Shown: positions 51,831 to 64,000 of the stretch, piece after piece | How positions within the stretch are numbered: the stretch's first letter is position 1 | Layout: each line of letters begins with the position of its first letter | Origin: Lama guanicoe | Taxonomy: Eukaryota | Assembly (NCBI GenBank): GCA_013239625.1 | Contig: MU056000.1 | Coordinates: 9,869,175 to 9,933,174, forward strand | Direction of reading: 5' to 3' | DNA: 64,000 bases | Program-made: the position numbers and the translations under genes | Notes under the pieces: generated by a model | The model's input: only the letters and a program-made list of their open reading frames with translations | What the model was told of the DNA's origin: nothing | The model's database searches: none

Positions 51831-51887
51831 CGTTAAGACTCGGGTGATGCTCTGCTTCCAGAGCTGTCTCCTCCCGAGCCTGAACAT
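51831..51887 (-). CDS. DNAH5: DNAH5 coding exon 1 (57 nt coding, MFRLGRRQLWKQSITRVLT)
   Basis: ATG at 51887 (gtgATGt), donor ACG|GTAAGG; not in the ORF track. Confidence 0.93.
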
Positions 51888-51989
51888 CACAGCGGTCTGC
51901 TCAGCTTATGGACGATCTTCTAAGTCCTGGGAGACCTACTCATTATCCGACAAGCTTTCAAAAGAAAAGTCCTTTGGAGGACCAGAAGT

Positions 51990-52225
51990 TCGCGTTTACA
52001 TGTCTAATTTGCAAGCATTATTCACCACATACACAGGATAAAAATTACAAGTGCACCAGTATCATTCAAGCTTTCCTTCTAGAGTCTCTCCCCTTAGCCT
52101 TCTCCTCTGTTGCAAAGCCTCGTGTTGTTAGGTAATACTGTTTACATGCTGTATCGTTTACCCGTGTCTCTTAATCCTGCTTATCAACCAATCAAAGAGT
52201 CTGAACCACTGGGTTGCAACACAAC
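51990..52225 (-). promoter_or_regulatory. Putative DNAH5 proximal promoter (non-CpG-island) with X-box-like, forkhead and CCAAT motifs
   Basis: GTTGTTAGGTAAT 52124-52136, TGTTTACA 52139-52146, GTTTACA 51994-52000, AACCAATCA 52186-52194; 100-310 nt upstream of the ATG; TSS not determinable from sequence. Confidence 0.5.
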
Positions 52226-55200
52226 TTCTGATGTTCGTCTAATTCTGCACACTGCCCAAGAGTAAGCTTGGAGTCCATTGAGATCTTTGAATCACTTCTT
52301 TGAACAATGAGTAACTTGAAACCGTATCAAAAGAGAAAGCAGAGAAGCCACAGCTCGAAATAATTTGCAGAAGAAATTCAGTCTGTCTTCGTCTAAACAA
52401 CTTTGTGTGCATGATTACCTGCCAGCATCATGGGAATTGTGACTGATTGTCAGAGAGGTTCATTGTAACCCAGTGCAGCCATTTCCTCCCCATAAAGAAG
52501 CTTATTCATATGCAAATTGAAAAAGATGTCCATAAATTACTTGTATTCACACAGTTGTACATACAAATAAACCGAGGTCATTCAGTCTTCATGACTAAGC
52601 ATTTCGATCACCCTTCCTTTAAAGACAGGATGGGAAATCACAGCCCACATGATCTGAGAGATCTCGTCCATGGGATTTCTCTCAACCAGATGAATAAAAG
52701 GCAGGACGTTTAAGGTTGGGCATGTTGAATCCAGGATTGCTTGAAACTCAAGTGTCAGGAACTCAAATCCAATCAGGTCATGCAAGGATAAATCAGGAAA
52801 TAGGGAACCCATCCCACCAAATCCTGCTAATCAGCCTCACAAGACACTCACTTGAAAGCCAGGATGCTAATTTGGTACTGACACCTACTGCTAATTTGGA
52901 TGCTAATTTGGTGTCTGCACTTGGGAGGTTCACCTGCTCAACAGCAAACACTAGGGCACGGCCTCCATATGCAGAGTTAACAGAGAGACAGAATTCAGAC
53001 CTGAATATTATTTGGTAAGCCAAGCACTAGAGCACAGGAAATTAGAGTTTATTTATGGGATACTTTCTAAATCAACCTCTGGGTATTGGTAAGTGGCTAT
53101 TTTCTGTTCTAACGATGAAGACTATGTCTAGACTAGAAGTCATTCTCCTCCATGCGGTGTCAAAAGGTCACCAGCAAATCGCAGTGTTTTCTCATCCTCC
53201 TTGCTCAGCATCTAAGTAGCAGTCCTGAGACGACTCTATCAACACGTGACCTCAGGACAGAGGTCACAATTCATTATGTCACCGCTGATCCTTCATTAGT
53301 TACACTGAAATTGGAGCTTTCCTGATGGTATTTCGGGCTCCATCCTCATTTCATCAGTAGCCCGTTTACAACGTATCTCTTGGGAAGAGTTACTTTCTGG
53401 GATGATTTCCACAGATGGCTGATGGCATTCATTCCACGTCTGGCAGGCGTCACCATGGCTCTCATGAGGCTTCGCAGTAAACTGCAAAGTCTTCCAAACT
53501 CTGTGGCTGAATTTCAGCCTCCTTTGGGCAAAAAAGAAGCAGTAGGTATCTTAAGGGAGCCCCTTGAATGAAGGAGGCTCCCAGAGGATTGTCATTAAGC
53601 AGCACAGAGTAAAGCACAAGCCTGAATCTGCATCTGACCACCTGCCCCCTAATGGCCAGCCTGCGACAAAACAGGTTTCTGGTCACTGGAGAAGAGTTAG
53701 CAAATGCTGCTCAGCGGGAGACTCAGAAGGGTCTTCGTATGAGCAGTTTCCACCAGGCAAAGGCTTCAGTGGGCAAGTCTCCTCCTTTAGGAACTCTTAA
53801 GCCAAAGTCCTCCAGCCCCATCTGCTTGGACGATGCACTGTTCCAGGCTGAGAATATCATCCATTCACAAATCTTAAACCAGACATAATGAGAAAACATG
53901 AGTGGGCAGTGGGCCACATGTAGGCAGGAGACTTCATCCAGAAACCCAAGTATCTTCAGGCAAAGTTTAAAGTTCCACTTTCATTCATTCATTCATTCAT
54001 TCAGCAAATATGAGTACCTTTGAAGGGGCCAGGCACTGTACTACATACTAAGCATAGAGCAGCTAATTAACATTCACACTTAATCACACATTAAAAAAAT
54101 ATTAATTGTAGGATGCATAATTATTTTATGGAACACTCAGAGAGAAAAGACAAAATGCTGCCAATTACACTTATAAATACAACTTCAATTTTAAGTTGCA
54201 TTCTGAATTGGCAGATGTTAAAATGTGGAAAGGTACATCTCAGAATCAGTGGAAAGCCATCATTTCTGCCTTCACTGGGGGAAGATGTAAAATAAATAGA
54301 GCATAAATGTATACATAATTCTAATTAAAATACGGTTGCAGATTGTGGAAAGTACCATTAAAAAAGAAAAGAAAGGTGCTTCTCTTGGATCTGTGTTCCA
54401 AATTATTGCCATTTTTTACCATTTAATACATTTTACGCTTACATTCCAAGCTGGGAAATTTCCTGAACTCATCCCTAAATTATGAAGAGTCACCTACTTT
54501 GGGTCTTGCAGACCCATGTGTACCACCTACGCCATGTGATGTAATAGAAAAGTGTCAGCCCTGGGGACAGACAGGCCTGGATTTAAACCCCAGCTCTGTC
54601 CTCTCTGAGCTCTATGACATCAGAGCTTTGGTTTCCTAAATTGTGCCCTAGAAATACACCCACCTGCCTAACTCACTTGTGACGGTTTAAATTTATGTAA
54701 AACTCCTGGACCCCTACAGGCACCTAATACATGAAAATTATGACTCTATCCTTTAATTGCAAAAAAGTTAAGACTATAATCCATGAGAATATCAATGTAG
54801 GGGACAAATTCCCAAGGAATTTAACCTAACCTACAAGTTCCAATCCAACGCTGTTGGGAAATTTTGCCCTTGATTTCTGAGTATGTCCCAAGAGAAAGAG
54901 TGGATCCAGATTTTATCAGTTACCATCGATCGACACATTTTTTTCATGGATTTCCACCTCTAAGAATGTCTTACTGAGGCCCAGCAGAATCAAACACATT
55001 CATCAGTTTAATAGCCTTGTAAACAATGATACGGGGGGGGGGGCAGCATATAAAAATGTTAAATGAGTTCAGTGGGATGAGAAAGTACCATATTTCACAC
55101 ATTCTGAGTTGCACATTTTTTCCCTTCTTACCATATTGAAATTGGATGCATCTGATATGCACCCTCATAGCTGTTGGCCAACAGCAATCCTGACACAGGT

Positions 55201-55845
55201 GTCATTGCCAGAGTTGTGCAGACTCAGTTGTCACTCTGAGTGGCATGACAAGGCCACTCCAGCACCCTGATGTCACAGGCAACAAACAATTCAAGATCCA
55301 ACTGAGGAAGGAATGTGTGTACCAGCTGTTTTCTGAAAATCTTCCACTGACACCTTCTGGGAAGATCAAGAAAACACCAGCATTGCAGCTTGGAATGGAT
55401 GACAGCAGATGGAAAGAAAATCCCAGAAGAGGCAGACCCTGAGTGTGAAAAAGGTTTTGAAATTTCTTAACCAATGCATTGCACCTGTATTTGCATGGGT
55501 GCACAAGGGTGGACACATAATCCTTTTCATCTACGTTTAATTCAGTTTGAAAGAGCTTTTTCAATTAAAATAAATACAATTCTAAGAAAGCAATGCATCC
55601 TAGTTTAATCAACAGCTGCTTTCCTGTCTTAGTGGTGAAGGGAACAGTGGCATGTCTTATATCTGATGCTGGCTTAGCTCAGATAAAATACAGGTTTATG
55701 ACAGCTAATGGACAAAGAGAGCTTCTTGGAGAAGGGAGGATTTAAGTCAGGCTCTGAGGGAGAATAAGATTCAAATAAAGGTAGGGCATAACACAGAGGG
55801 CGAAATATTACAAGCAAAGCACCGAGGCTGGAATTCAAAAGAGAG

Positions 55846-55980
55846 CTTCATATGTGGAATCTAAAAAAAAAGGACACAAGTGAACTTATCTACAAAATAG
55901 AAACAGACTCACAGACACAGAGAACAAACGTATGATTGCCAGGGGGTTAAAAGGGTGGCAAGAGGTAAATCGGGAGTTTT
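55846..55980 (+). mobile_element. L1 3' UTR fragment
   Basis: TATGTGGAATCTAAAAAAA..GAACTTATCTACAAAATAGAAACAGACTCACAGACACAGAGAACAAAC. Confidence 0.78.
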
Positions 55981-58900
55981 GCAATTGGTACCTCTAACAC
56001 GAGTGATTAATCTCTGAAAGGTAAGCGGAGGCTGAACTGTGGTGTTAAACTAACTAGCTGGCCCTTGCTGGCATCAGAAAGTCACTGAAAAACACAACTG
56101 ATGGAAGACTTGAGTAGGAAGATTATGCTGAAGGACTGGCGTAAAGAGAGACTGAAGTCGGCTTCCTGGGCAGGAGGAAACAAAGGATTTGATGGAGGGA
56201 TGGAGGCAGCGGTCACCGAGTCTCCCAAAAACAAACAAGCTAAGTAAAAAGAAGCAGGTCCTCTTACCCCACCCACCATTTTGCTACCCCTAAGCTCCTC
56301 CTACAAAGAAATCCTGGTTGAAGAAGGAACGGAAGGAACAGAGAGATAGAATCTGACCACTGGCAGTGGAGAAAAGTAGATGCAGTTGTCAAAGACGATT
56401 CCACTGTGTCGAGCACATGGTAAAGTGAAGAATCATAGCAACTCACATGGGAATGGGGCATCTAGAGAAACAGAGTGTGCTGGAGACTACGTGACTAACG
56501 AAATCTGAATAAAGCTCTGATTCTTTACTTTTCCTACTGGTCTTTTCATCCTGAAACCATGAAGGTCAATATACACAAGACCAAAAAATCCAATACCTTT
56601 TTCTTTATTTCTAATTTCATAATATAAAGAAAAAACTCATAAACAAAAGAAAATGAACCAATCATACATTGATTCAATAATTATTTGAGCTGCCTCCCCT
56701 CAAAAAAAGAATGATTTTAAAAGCTTCAAATGAAGTGATGTGGTTTGTTGATTTTTTGCCATTTCCATGAGTTGAAATTGTACAACAAATGCTTTAAAAA
56801 GATGCATAGGTTTCTTGATGCCTCATGCATAAAAATTCAAGAGCAGAAGAAGGAAACACAGGTGAAATCTCAGAGGGGGATACAGAAAGCAGGCGCATTC
56901 AGAGTATAGCCTACCCTAAGCAGAACGTCTAAGTTCTGCAGGCAAAGATTGGAAGAGAGATGCTCAATGCTAAATGCACATTCCAGATGTTATTTTGTAT
57001 AGTACCTTTCAAGTGGACAGTGTACGAATTAGGAATTTGGGGCACTGAGAGCAGGTTACACATACAGCAAGAAAACCTCAGGAACCCCCCACCCCGACTT
57101 CTCTCCTTGTCTTCTTCCTGGTTCCACCTCCACGAATCTCCATAGAAACAGTGTTGTCCTGGCTTTGGGAAGCCACGTTTCTGATCCTGACTCCCATAAA
57201 CGGGTTGGTCATGTGACGTTGATAAACCACCAGCCACACTGGCCCATGAAGTAGGTGGCCAGGTGACCTTACAGGCACCGTCCAGCTCCAAACAAGATGC
57301 ATGAGCTAAGTGAGTGATCTCTGCCACTTGGATCCCACGCACACAGCGTGCTTGAAGTAACTGAAACATCGTCTCAACATGAATTCTACCCAGCCAGTCT
57401 TACCACATGGCATACGAAACACTGGAAGAATTATGATAACATCTGGAATGAGGTTGATCACTTTAATGCTGCAGCTCTGTGACATCTTTGACAATATTGT
57501 TTTCCCCGTGGAAATTTTTTTCCCATTCTAGATGCCCAATCTTGAACAAATGATGCTCTCTGGACCATAATGCTTGTTCTCTGTGTATAAAGCTGTGGTG
57601 CTTTATAAGATTCCCTTCCCAAACCTAGACGCAACCTCAGATGCTCTGAATGAATATGTGGATATCAAATCTTAGGTGCAAATGACAGAGTTCGTGGTAG
57701 TAAGCCCTTCTCACATCCTGCTTTGGGGTCGCAGCTTAGCATGGTTATAATTTTTCATGTTAATCCTTTCCAGACTATATTGCCAACCTCAGTTATCCCA
57801 GTTACTCCTTGTTTAAGACCAAAATTTTAGCATCATTTCACACAAGTGAGAAAAATAACACTTCTCTAATTAGAATCTTGTCTGTAGTTAGAATCTAAAG
57901 GATAAGCAGCAACTTGGAAATGATCCCATGGCTTAATGATGTGTCCTTTGAGAAATCGGAGGTCCAAACAAATATATGGCCAGTATTAAGTAGAGAGATA
58001 TGAAGAGAACCCTCATTGATGCAATCATTCTTGCTTTGTGAAAGCAGCAGACACGAATGATCTTCACCTTCAAGTTGCCTTTTATTTGCTATCGTTCCTC
58101 ACATGGGCGTTCTAAGGCACCAAGCCGTGATCATTTTCCCAAATGTAAAGCAACAGAAACTTCAGCTCATATTCCCTCTTTTTGGTTTCTGATTTAGTTT
58201 ATCAGGTATTTACATAGGAGAAAAATATATTTCATTGCATAAGTCACTGCCCATCCCAAGATCTGGTCTCTGGCATTGAAGACGTCGAGAACCAGTGAAT
58301 AACACTGAGAAACCCCTCAGCTCACAGGCACCCACTCCTGCTGACTCACCAGCAGACACACACAGCCTGCAGGAACCCAAGACTCCAGCTGCAGAAATGA
58401 GGATGGGGGCCCAAGGGTCACGGGAGCATCACTTTGAGGGCCACCAGCTGTTGTCACAGTTGTGCTTGTTTTGTTCAACAGGGGAAGAAAAATGTAGAGT
58501 CAGGTTCACCAGCAAACATAAAAATTCTCACTTAATCCTGCATCTAGTGCTTTCCTCTGGTGCTAAAATATCAAAAAAATGGTCATCCCAAAATCTTGTT
58601 CCTTTTTTTCAGAGAATAAAGTAAGTCAAACATCATCTGATGCAAAATCAAATCCTAATATTAGGGATTATCAGTTGATTCACTCAAGAGACCTCTTCTA
58701 AAAGCAATAAAAAAATAGCACATCCCAGGGCTTCAAATATCAAAAGCACATTAACTGGCCACCATCATGGAGAACTTCCCAATGTATGATAGCTTGACTC
58801 TGCAAATCCTCATTTAATAGGATATTTATCATAAATAAATACAAGCCCATGGAAATAATCAAGACATATTTATAAACACCAACGGTCAGCACTCACACCC

Positions 58901-59857
58901 ACGCCAAGGGGTCTGGCAGTAAATTGAGATGCACTGATCCATGAGACAGAAAATCTTTTGATTATAAGAATGTGATCAAATATAATGTATATGTGCCATC
59001 AAACTGCAATAATTCTACCTAATAAAACTGAAAAAGGGGGGGAAAAAGAATGTGATCAGATACAGAAAATCCATTTATCTGAAGCCAAGTGGTAATTTCT
59101 GGAAAGAAAGTTTTGTCTCTCTTTGAAAAGCTTTAAGGAAAGGCTTGGGGAGACATTAAAGGAAGATGTGTCCCAGGGCCAAGAATGATTTGATCACTTC
59201 ATGAAGAAAGGAGTCGACAGAAGACCAGAGTTCAAGGGGAGACTCAGATGCCTTGCTTTTGGTGACCTCTGACCTCCACCAAGACCACTGCAGACTCTTA
59301 GAGGTCTGCGATGGATCGGTCTGTACCACAGCTATATTTGTGCTGCTCATTAAGTGAATGAAGAACGGTTCCATTTATAACCTCATCCAGGAGTTAATTA
59401 GGTCTTTAAACCCCAAACAACCTACAGTCGAAAATGAGTACTCTGCTACCAACAGAGCACAATTTATTCTGCCAAAGAAGACAAAAATAACCCAATTTAT
59501 TTACCTGTTAGTGTCTTCTATACTTCACCTTTCTTACAGACCATAACATAACTTGTAATAAATGTCATTACTACCTATAGATTTCATAAGACAAATCTCA
59601 AACGCTGCTGTTTCCTTTAATAGCAAAAGTGCAAAAGTATCATTTCAGTGAGCAAACATGAACTCTGCTACTGCATACATAGAGAATAAATTCATTTTAT
59701 TGCTAACAAAACTAAATTATATAAACACTACGCAGACCGAATGTTCTTTCAAAGCTTCTTTAAGATGAGTTTCCATGCTTACTTCTTACCAAAACCAGCA
59801 CCACAACTTTCCTGACAGAGCAGGGATAAAAGGACACCCAATTAATATTAACAGAGA

Positions 59858-59941
59858 GGGGATGGATATAGCTCAGTGGTAGAATACATGCTTAGTATGC
59901 ACAAGGTCCTGAGTTCAATCCCCAGTACCGCCATTAAAAAA
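59858..59941 (+). mobile_element. Camelid-type SINE, short form
   Basis: ATAGCTCAGTGGTAGA...GAGTTCAATCCCCAGTACC followed by A tail. Confidence 0.82.
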
Positions 59942-60860
59942 TATTTATGTATACTAATAGATACACATACATTTCCTATCATAAGTACATTTCACAGTGC
60001 TCTATAATGCAACATCTCATTCCTGCTTCTTAATTGCAAGCTTCCTGACTTTCCATCTGTTATTAACTCTTCCACTGAAAACAGTGAACATTGGGCCTTG
60101 TATTTAAGGGTAGCCCCCTAGACAGATTCAAACAGCCAAGGAAATGGCACAATTAATTACACAAACTAACTTCCATTGATTGAATTAAGTGCCATTATTA
60201 TGGGGGCATAAATGGTCCAGGTACGAAAACGTGAAGCCCAGGATAAGGCAAGGTTTGTGAAAATGCAGCCCTTGCCTGGTGACTTAGTGTCTGACGTGAA
60301 ATTAATCTGAACAATTTCTTTCAACTGTTTTAACTTTCAAACAGGACATCATCCAAAACGTGGGATGGTTCCTGTTTAATAGGAACCGAAGATGCAAAGA
60401 AAGACCCTTTCTTTGGATTGTGTAACCCCTGTCCCAGGTGGTAAGGAAATTAATTCCATATTTTAGGTGTGAGTTAAGAAAAACTGTTATACATTTTAAG
60501 AGAACGTTTTAGTATAGCTCATTAATCTCATCGAAGTCAACCGTTTTTTGAGCTTCTATGATACACCCAACACAATGTTATTCAAGTATAAGATACAAAG
60601 AGTTCATAATCTAGCAAAGGAGATACAACCTGAATTAGCCAGTGATAAGGCACTAAATTGTAAGACCCTATCAAAGTATATTGGAATTTATGCTGCTGTA
60701 TCAAGATCATGAGTCAATGTATGTAAAATATACCCCTAATATGCAGTAAGGTTGAAAAGATTTAGAAAAGAACTTTTTATAAAACTCAGCTTTGAAATTA
60801 GTCTAAATTACTCAACTGCAGTGGGAGCAACAGTACACATAAAAACTAAGGGAAAAATTA

Positions 60861-61018
60861 GGGGGAGGGTATAGCTCAGTGGTGGAGTGAGCTGCTTAGC
60901 ATGCATGAGGTCCTGGGTTCAATCCCCAGTACCTCCATTAAAAATAAATAAAGAAGCCTAATTACCTATCCCCCAAGCATTAAAAAAAAAAAAAGGAAAG
61001 AAAGAAAGAAAAAAAAAA
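60861..61018 (+). mobile_element. Camelid-type SINE
   Basis: Full body and A-rich tail; imperfect TSD AAAAAC(C)TAAGGG(G)AAAA. Confidence 0.87.
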
Positions 61019-62479
61019 CCTAAGGGGAAAAGTACAGAGCTAAAAAAAAGTCTGTACCATTTTCCTTTCATAAAATAAAGGAAAAACATGTTCCAGCAGG
61101 GAGTGTTCTGAAAGGGAGCTAGAGCAGGCCAGGAGAAAACATGTTCTCTCTGCTTTTCCATTTTCCTCCTTCCCTTTTCCCAAAGCAAAGTGTTAACATT
61201 TGCATCTGCTCCAACAGAAAATTCTAGAAGGAGGACAGCGTCTGCCTGTTCCCCATAAAATCAGCCCGGCATTCATAGCACTGCCACCTGCTGAGCAAGG
61301 TCCGTTCCACCTTCTACACCTGGTTCTTCCTCAGTCTCCCTTAACCCCCCTCCGCAATCTGCTTCAGTCTCCCTCCCTTCTTATTCCAAAGCCCAAAGGA
61401 GAATCATCTCTCAGCCAAATCCCATGTGTTCTCTTTCACGTCATCACTGATCTTCTTGCCACTCCTGAGCATCATTTTGAAACAAATCAGGGTCACACCG
61501 TCAGCCTGAAGACAGAGGCAGACCACTGGAGCATTACTTTGGCAAGTGGGTTTCCCAGCCAAACAATGGAAGGAAGAAAACCAGGGGCGCCCAACTGATT
61601 ATTCCATTAGAACAACAAAGCATAGAAAAACAAAAACTGAAGGTGTTAATTCACTGAGTGATGTAGAGCAATGGGAGAAAATCTATTGCTTTTCAAATCC
61701 AGAAAATACACAAAGCTGAAAGCCACAACCTCCTAAGAGAAAATGTGAGGCAATTATGACTAAAAGAACTATAGCTGAAGGCAATTTTTCTCCAAACTAT
61801 GATCTTCATTTGGGAATTACATTTCTCCTTTTTCTTTTTAAGAAAATTAATGAAATGGAAAACATCTCTAAGTCACAAAAGTTTGTCCTGCAGGAAGTTT
61901 TCCAAGTGGTAAGCAGTCTATCTGGCTTTATTTTTCTCTAATTAGTTCCATTCAACTCTTGTAGAGATGAAATCTCATTAAACCAGGTCAAAACTCTTAT
62001 TCAATGTTAAAATTTTATTCTGATATGTATGGAAAAGCAAGACTCGGGGAGGGGAGGTCCTGGCCAAAAATATGCAACAATGAAGAGAGAAAAGAGCTTC
62101 AAGCCACTTCCTGCCCTTTCCTGCAGACCTCCACCTTGTGCAAGGACATCATCCATCGTCCACTCATGCCAGTGGGGGTCCATGCTCTTCTCCAGATGTA
62201 ACCTCCAGAATCTGTCTGAAACACACTTCCCTCCTTCTGTGCAGGTCAAAGTCCCATTCATGTGTCAGGGATGTGTCCTCGTGTTCCTTCCTCTGTGGAG
62301 TCCTTCCTGAATCTCAGGCTTCCCTCCTCTGAAATGCTATTGCTCATTCCTTGATTCTAATAGTTTCATGCTAAATAATCATTATATTTCAGAAATATAA
62401 TTATTTGTACTAGAATGTTTTTAAAACAAGGATTTTGAATATTATTATTAGTACTGCATCTGACACACAACATGTGATC

Positions 62480-63200
62480 ATTTTGTTATTGAAGGAGATT
62501 TACAATGTTGTGTTAGGTTCTGGTGTACAGCAAAGTGATTCAGTTACATATATAACTTTTCAGGTTATTTTCTATTATAGGTTAGCACAAGATATTGAAT
62601 ATAGTTCCCTGTGCTATACAGTTAAGTCCTTGTTGCTTATCTATTTTATATATAGTAGTGTGTATGTGTTAATCCCAAACTCCTAATTTATGCCTCCCCC
62701 TCTTTCCCCTTTGGTAACCATAAATTTGTTTTCTACATCAGTGTGTCTATTTCTGACTTGTAAATAAGTTCATTTGTATCACATTTTTTTAGACTCTACA
62801 TATGCATATAAGTGATACCATATGATACTTGTCTTTGTCTTACTTACTTCATTTAATATGGTAATCTCTAGGTCCATTCATGTTGCTGTAAATAGCATTA
62901 TTTCATTCTTTTTTATGGCTGAGTAGTACTCCATTGTGTGTGCATGTGTGTGTGTGTGTGTGTGTATCACACCTTCTTTGTCCATTCATCTGTCAGTGGA
63001 CATTTAGGTTGCTTCTATGTCTTGGCTATTGTAAACAGTGCTGCTTTCAACACTGAGATGCATGTATCCTTTCAAATTAGAGTTTTCTATGGACATATGC
63101 CCAGGAGTGGGACTGCTGGATCATATGGTAACTTTATTTTTAGTTTTTTAAGGAACTTCCATGCTGCCCTCCATAGTGGCTGCACCAGTTTACATTCCCA
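62480..63200 (-). mobile_element. L1 3' portion (artiodactyl-type) with internal (TG)n
   Basis: TTTACAATGTTGTGTTAGGTTCTGGTGTACAGCAAAGTGATTCAG...CCCAGGAGTGGGACTGCTGGATCATATGG...TTTACATTCCCA. Confidence 0.88.
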
Positions 63201-64000
63201 CATCATAAGTGATAATTTTTTAATTAACCTATACTGCATATAGTAATAAACCAAAAACGATGTTTCTTTCTGTTAAGTAGTAACTCTATTTTTCTAACTC
63301 TCTTAAAGGTGTTGTTTTTCATGCCATCATTGTTCTCATTCTTGTTGTTGTTTTTCTTTTTTAATTTGTTGTGTCGGTGGTGATAGTGGTGTTTGGGGTT
63401 GCAGTAGAATCATTGAAAAATGTGAAAGGCAGATTCCAGCCCCTCCTGTAAGAGTCACTTTTCCTCCTCTGTGCTTATGTTAAACAGAGGGGGTATACTT
63501 ATTTATTCTGCATTTCTACTTTCCTCAACTAACCCAGACTGGAGCTAGAGGTTTATATCACAATCAGCTCTTAGACGTTTTCTTGCATGGAAATATACAA
63601 GCAGGTACTCTTTTTTTTATTATCATTCTACTGAATGATTATCAAATGCGATAGAACTGCAATTCAGAATTTTGTGAGCTGAATTATTTATTAGAGTGAA
63701 TTTCAATACACTAAGCATCAACTTACCATCGCTCAGAGCCATCAGCTAAGGTTTACAAATACTTTCCTTACAGGGAATTGTTGTAGCAGTAGTGTTTGTA
63801 CCACAGGAATGTCAAGTTGGTAAAGCTCTACTATTAACAATCGATCAGTAGACGCATGAAGGGAGCATCGTGCCTGCGATCAACAGGCTTTGGCTTATCA
63901 GACTTTTTTCTTTTCTTTTCAAAAAGAAATCCTCCGAATTCCAGTTACAAGATTTACAGCATTTCAATCGCATGCCCTATAAAATCTTATGTTCGGAGGT

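Larger units (their letters stand above)
996..51887 (-). other. DNAH5: DNAH5 gene, 5' portion (coding exons 1-21); continues past the left window edge
   Basis: 21 GT-AG exons splice into one stop-free frame of 3262 nt starting [30 protein letters not shown]..., recognisable as the mammalian DNAH5 N-terminus; exon phases are consistent throughout. Confidence 0.97.

Noticed and set aside
996..51887. DNAH5 pseudogene or paralogue DNAH8
   Set aside because: All 21 exons are intact and in phase; the N-terminus and exon sizes fit DNAH5 rather than DNAH8, which has a longer, different N-terminus
56929..57369. 146-aa minus-strand ORF upstream of DNAH5 (and 61200-61598 on the plus strand)
   Set aside because: No recognisable homology, partly MIR-like sequence, no coding-like composition
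63715..63760. Perfect minus-strand donor ATG|GTAAGT as a possible upstream alternative exon
   Set aside because: No convincing acceptor or promoter nearby, and such hexamers occur every few kb; needs transcript evidence
1..64000. A novel multi-gene or prokaryote-style system (CRISPR, defence island, operon)
   Set aside because: The window is explained by one spliced mammalian gene, its introns, flank and common repeats; no repeat-spacer array or long unexplained ORF exists

Overview
Mammalian genomic DNA, very likely from a camelid (six copies of a camelid-type tRNA-derived SINE). The window holds the 5' part of DNAH5 (outer-arm axonemal dynein heavy chain 5) on the minus strand. I traced 21 coding exons by hand from the ATG at 51887 down to 996. 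All have GT-AG boundaries and splice into one open frame of 3262 nt (1087 codons + 1 nt), covering the N-terminal tail including the DHC_N1 region; the gene continues beyond the left edge. About 12 kb of 5' flank (52-64 kb) shows no recognisable gene. Introns and flank carry ordinary mammalian repeats (SINEs, L1, L2, MIR, MaLR/ERV LTRs, hAT and Tigger relics). A near-identical 1.8-kb duplication bordered by N-gaps in intron 15 is probably an assembly artefact. I found no novel biological system. The best leads are regulatory: an RFX/forkhead/CCAAT cluster upstream of exon 1, two intron-1 X-boxes, and inverted SINE pairs bracketing exons 17-21 (an in-frame, stop-free potential circle) and exons 4-7. 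Repeat family names and orthologue comparisons are from memory, not database searches.
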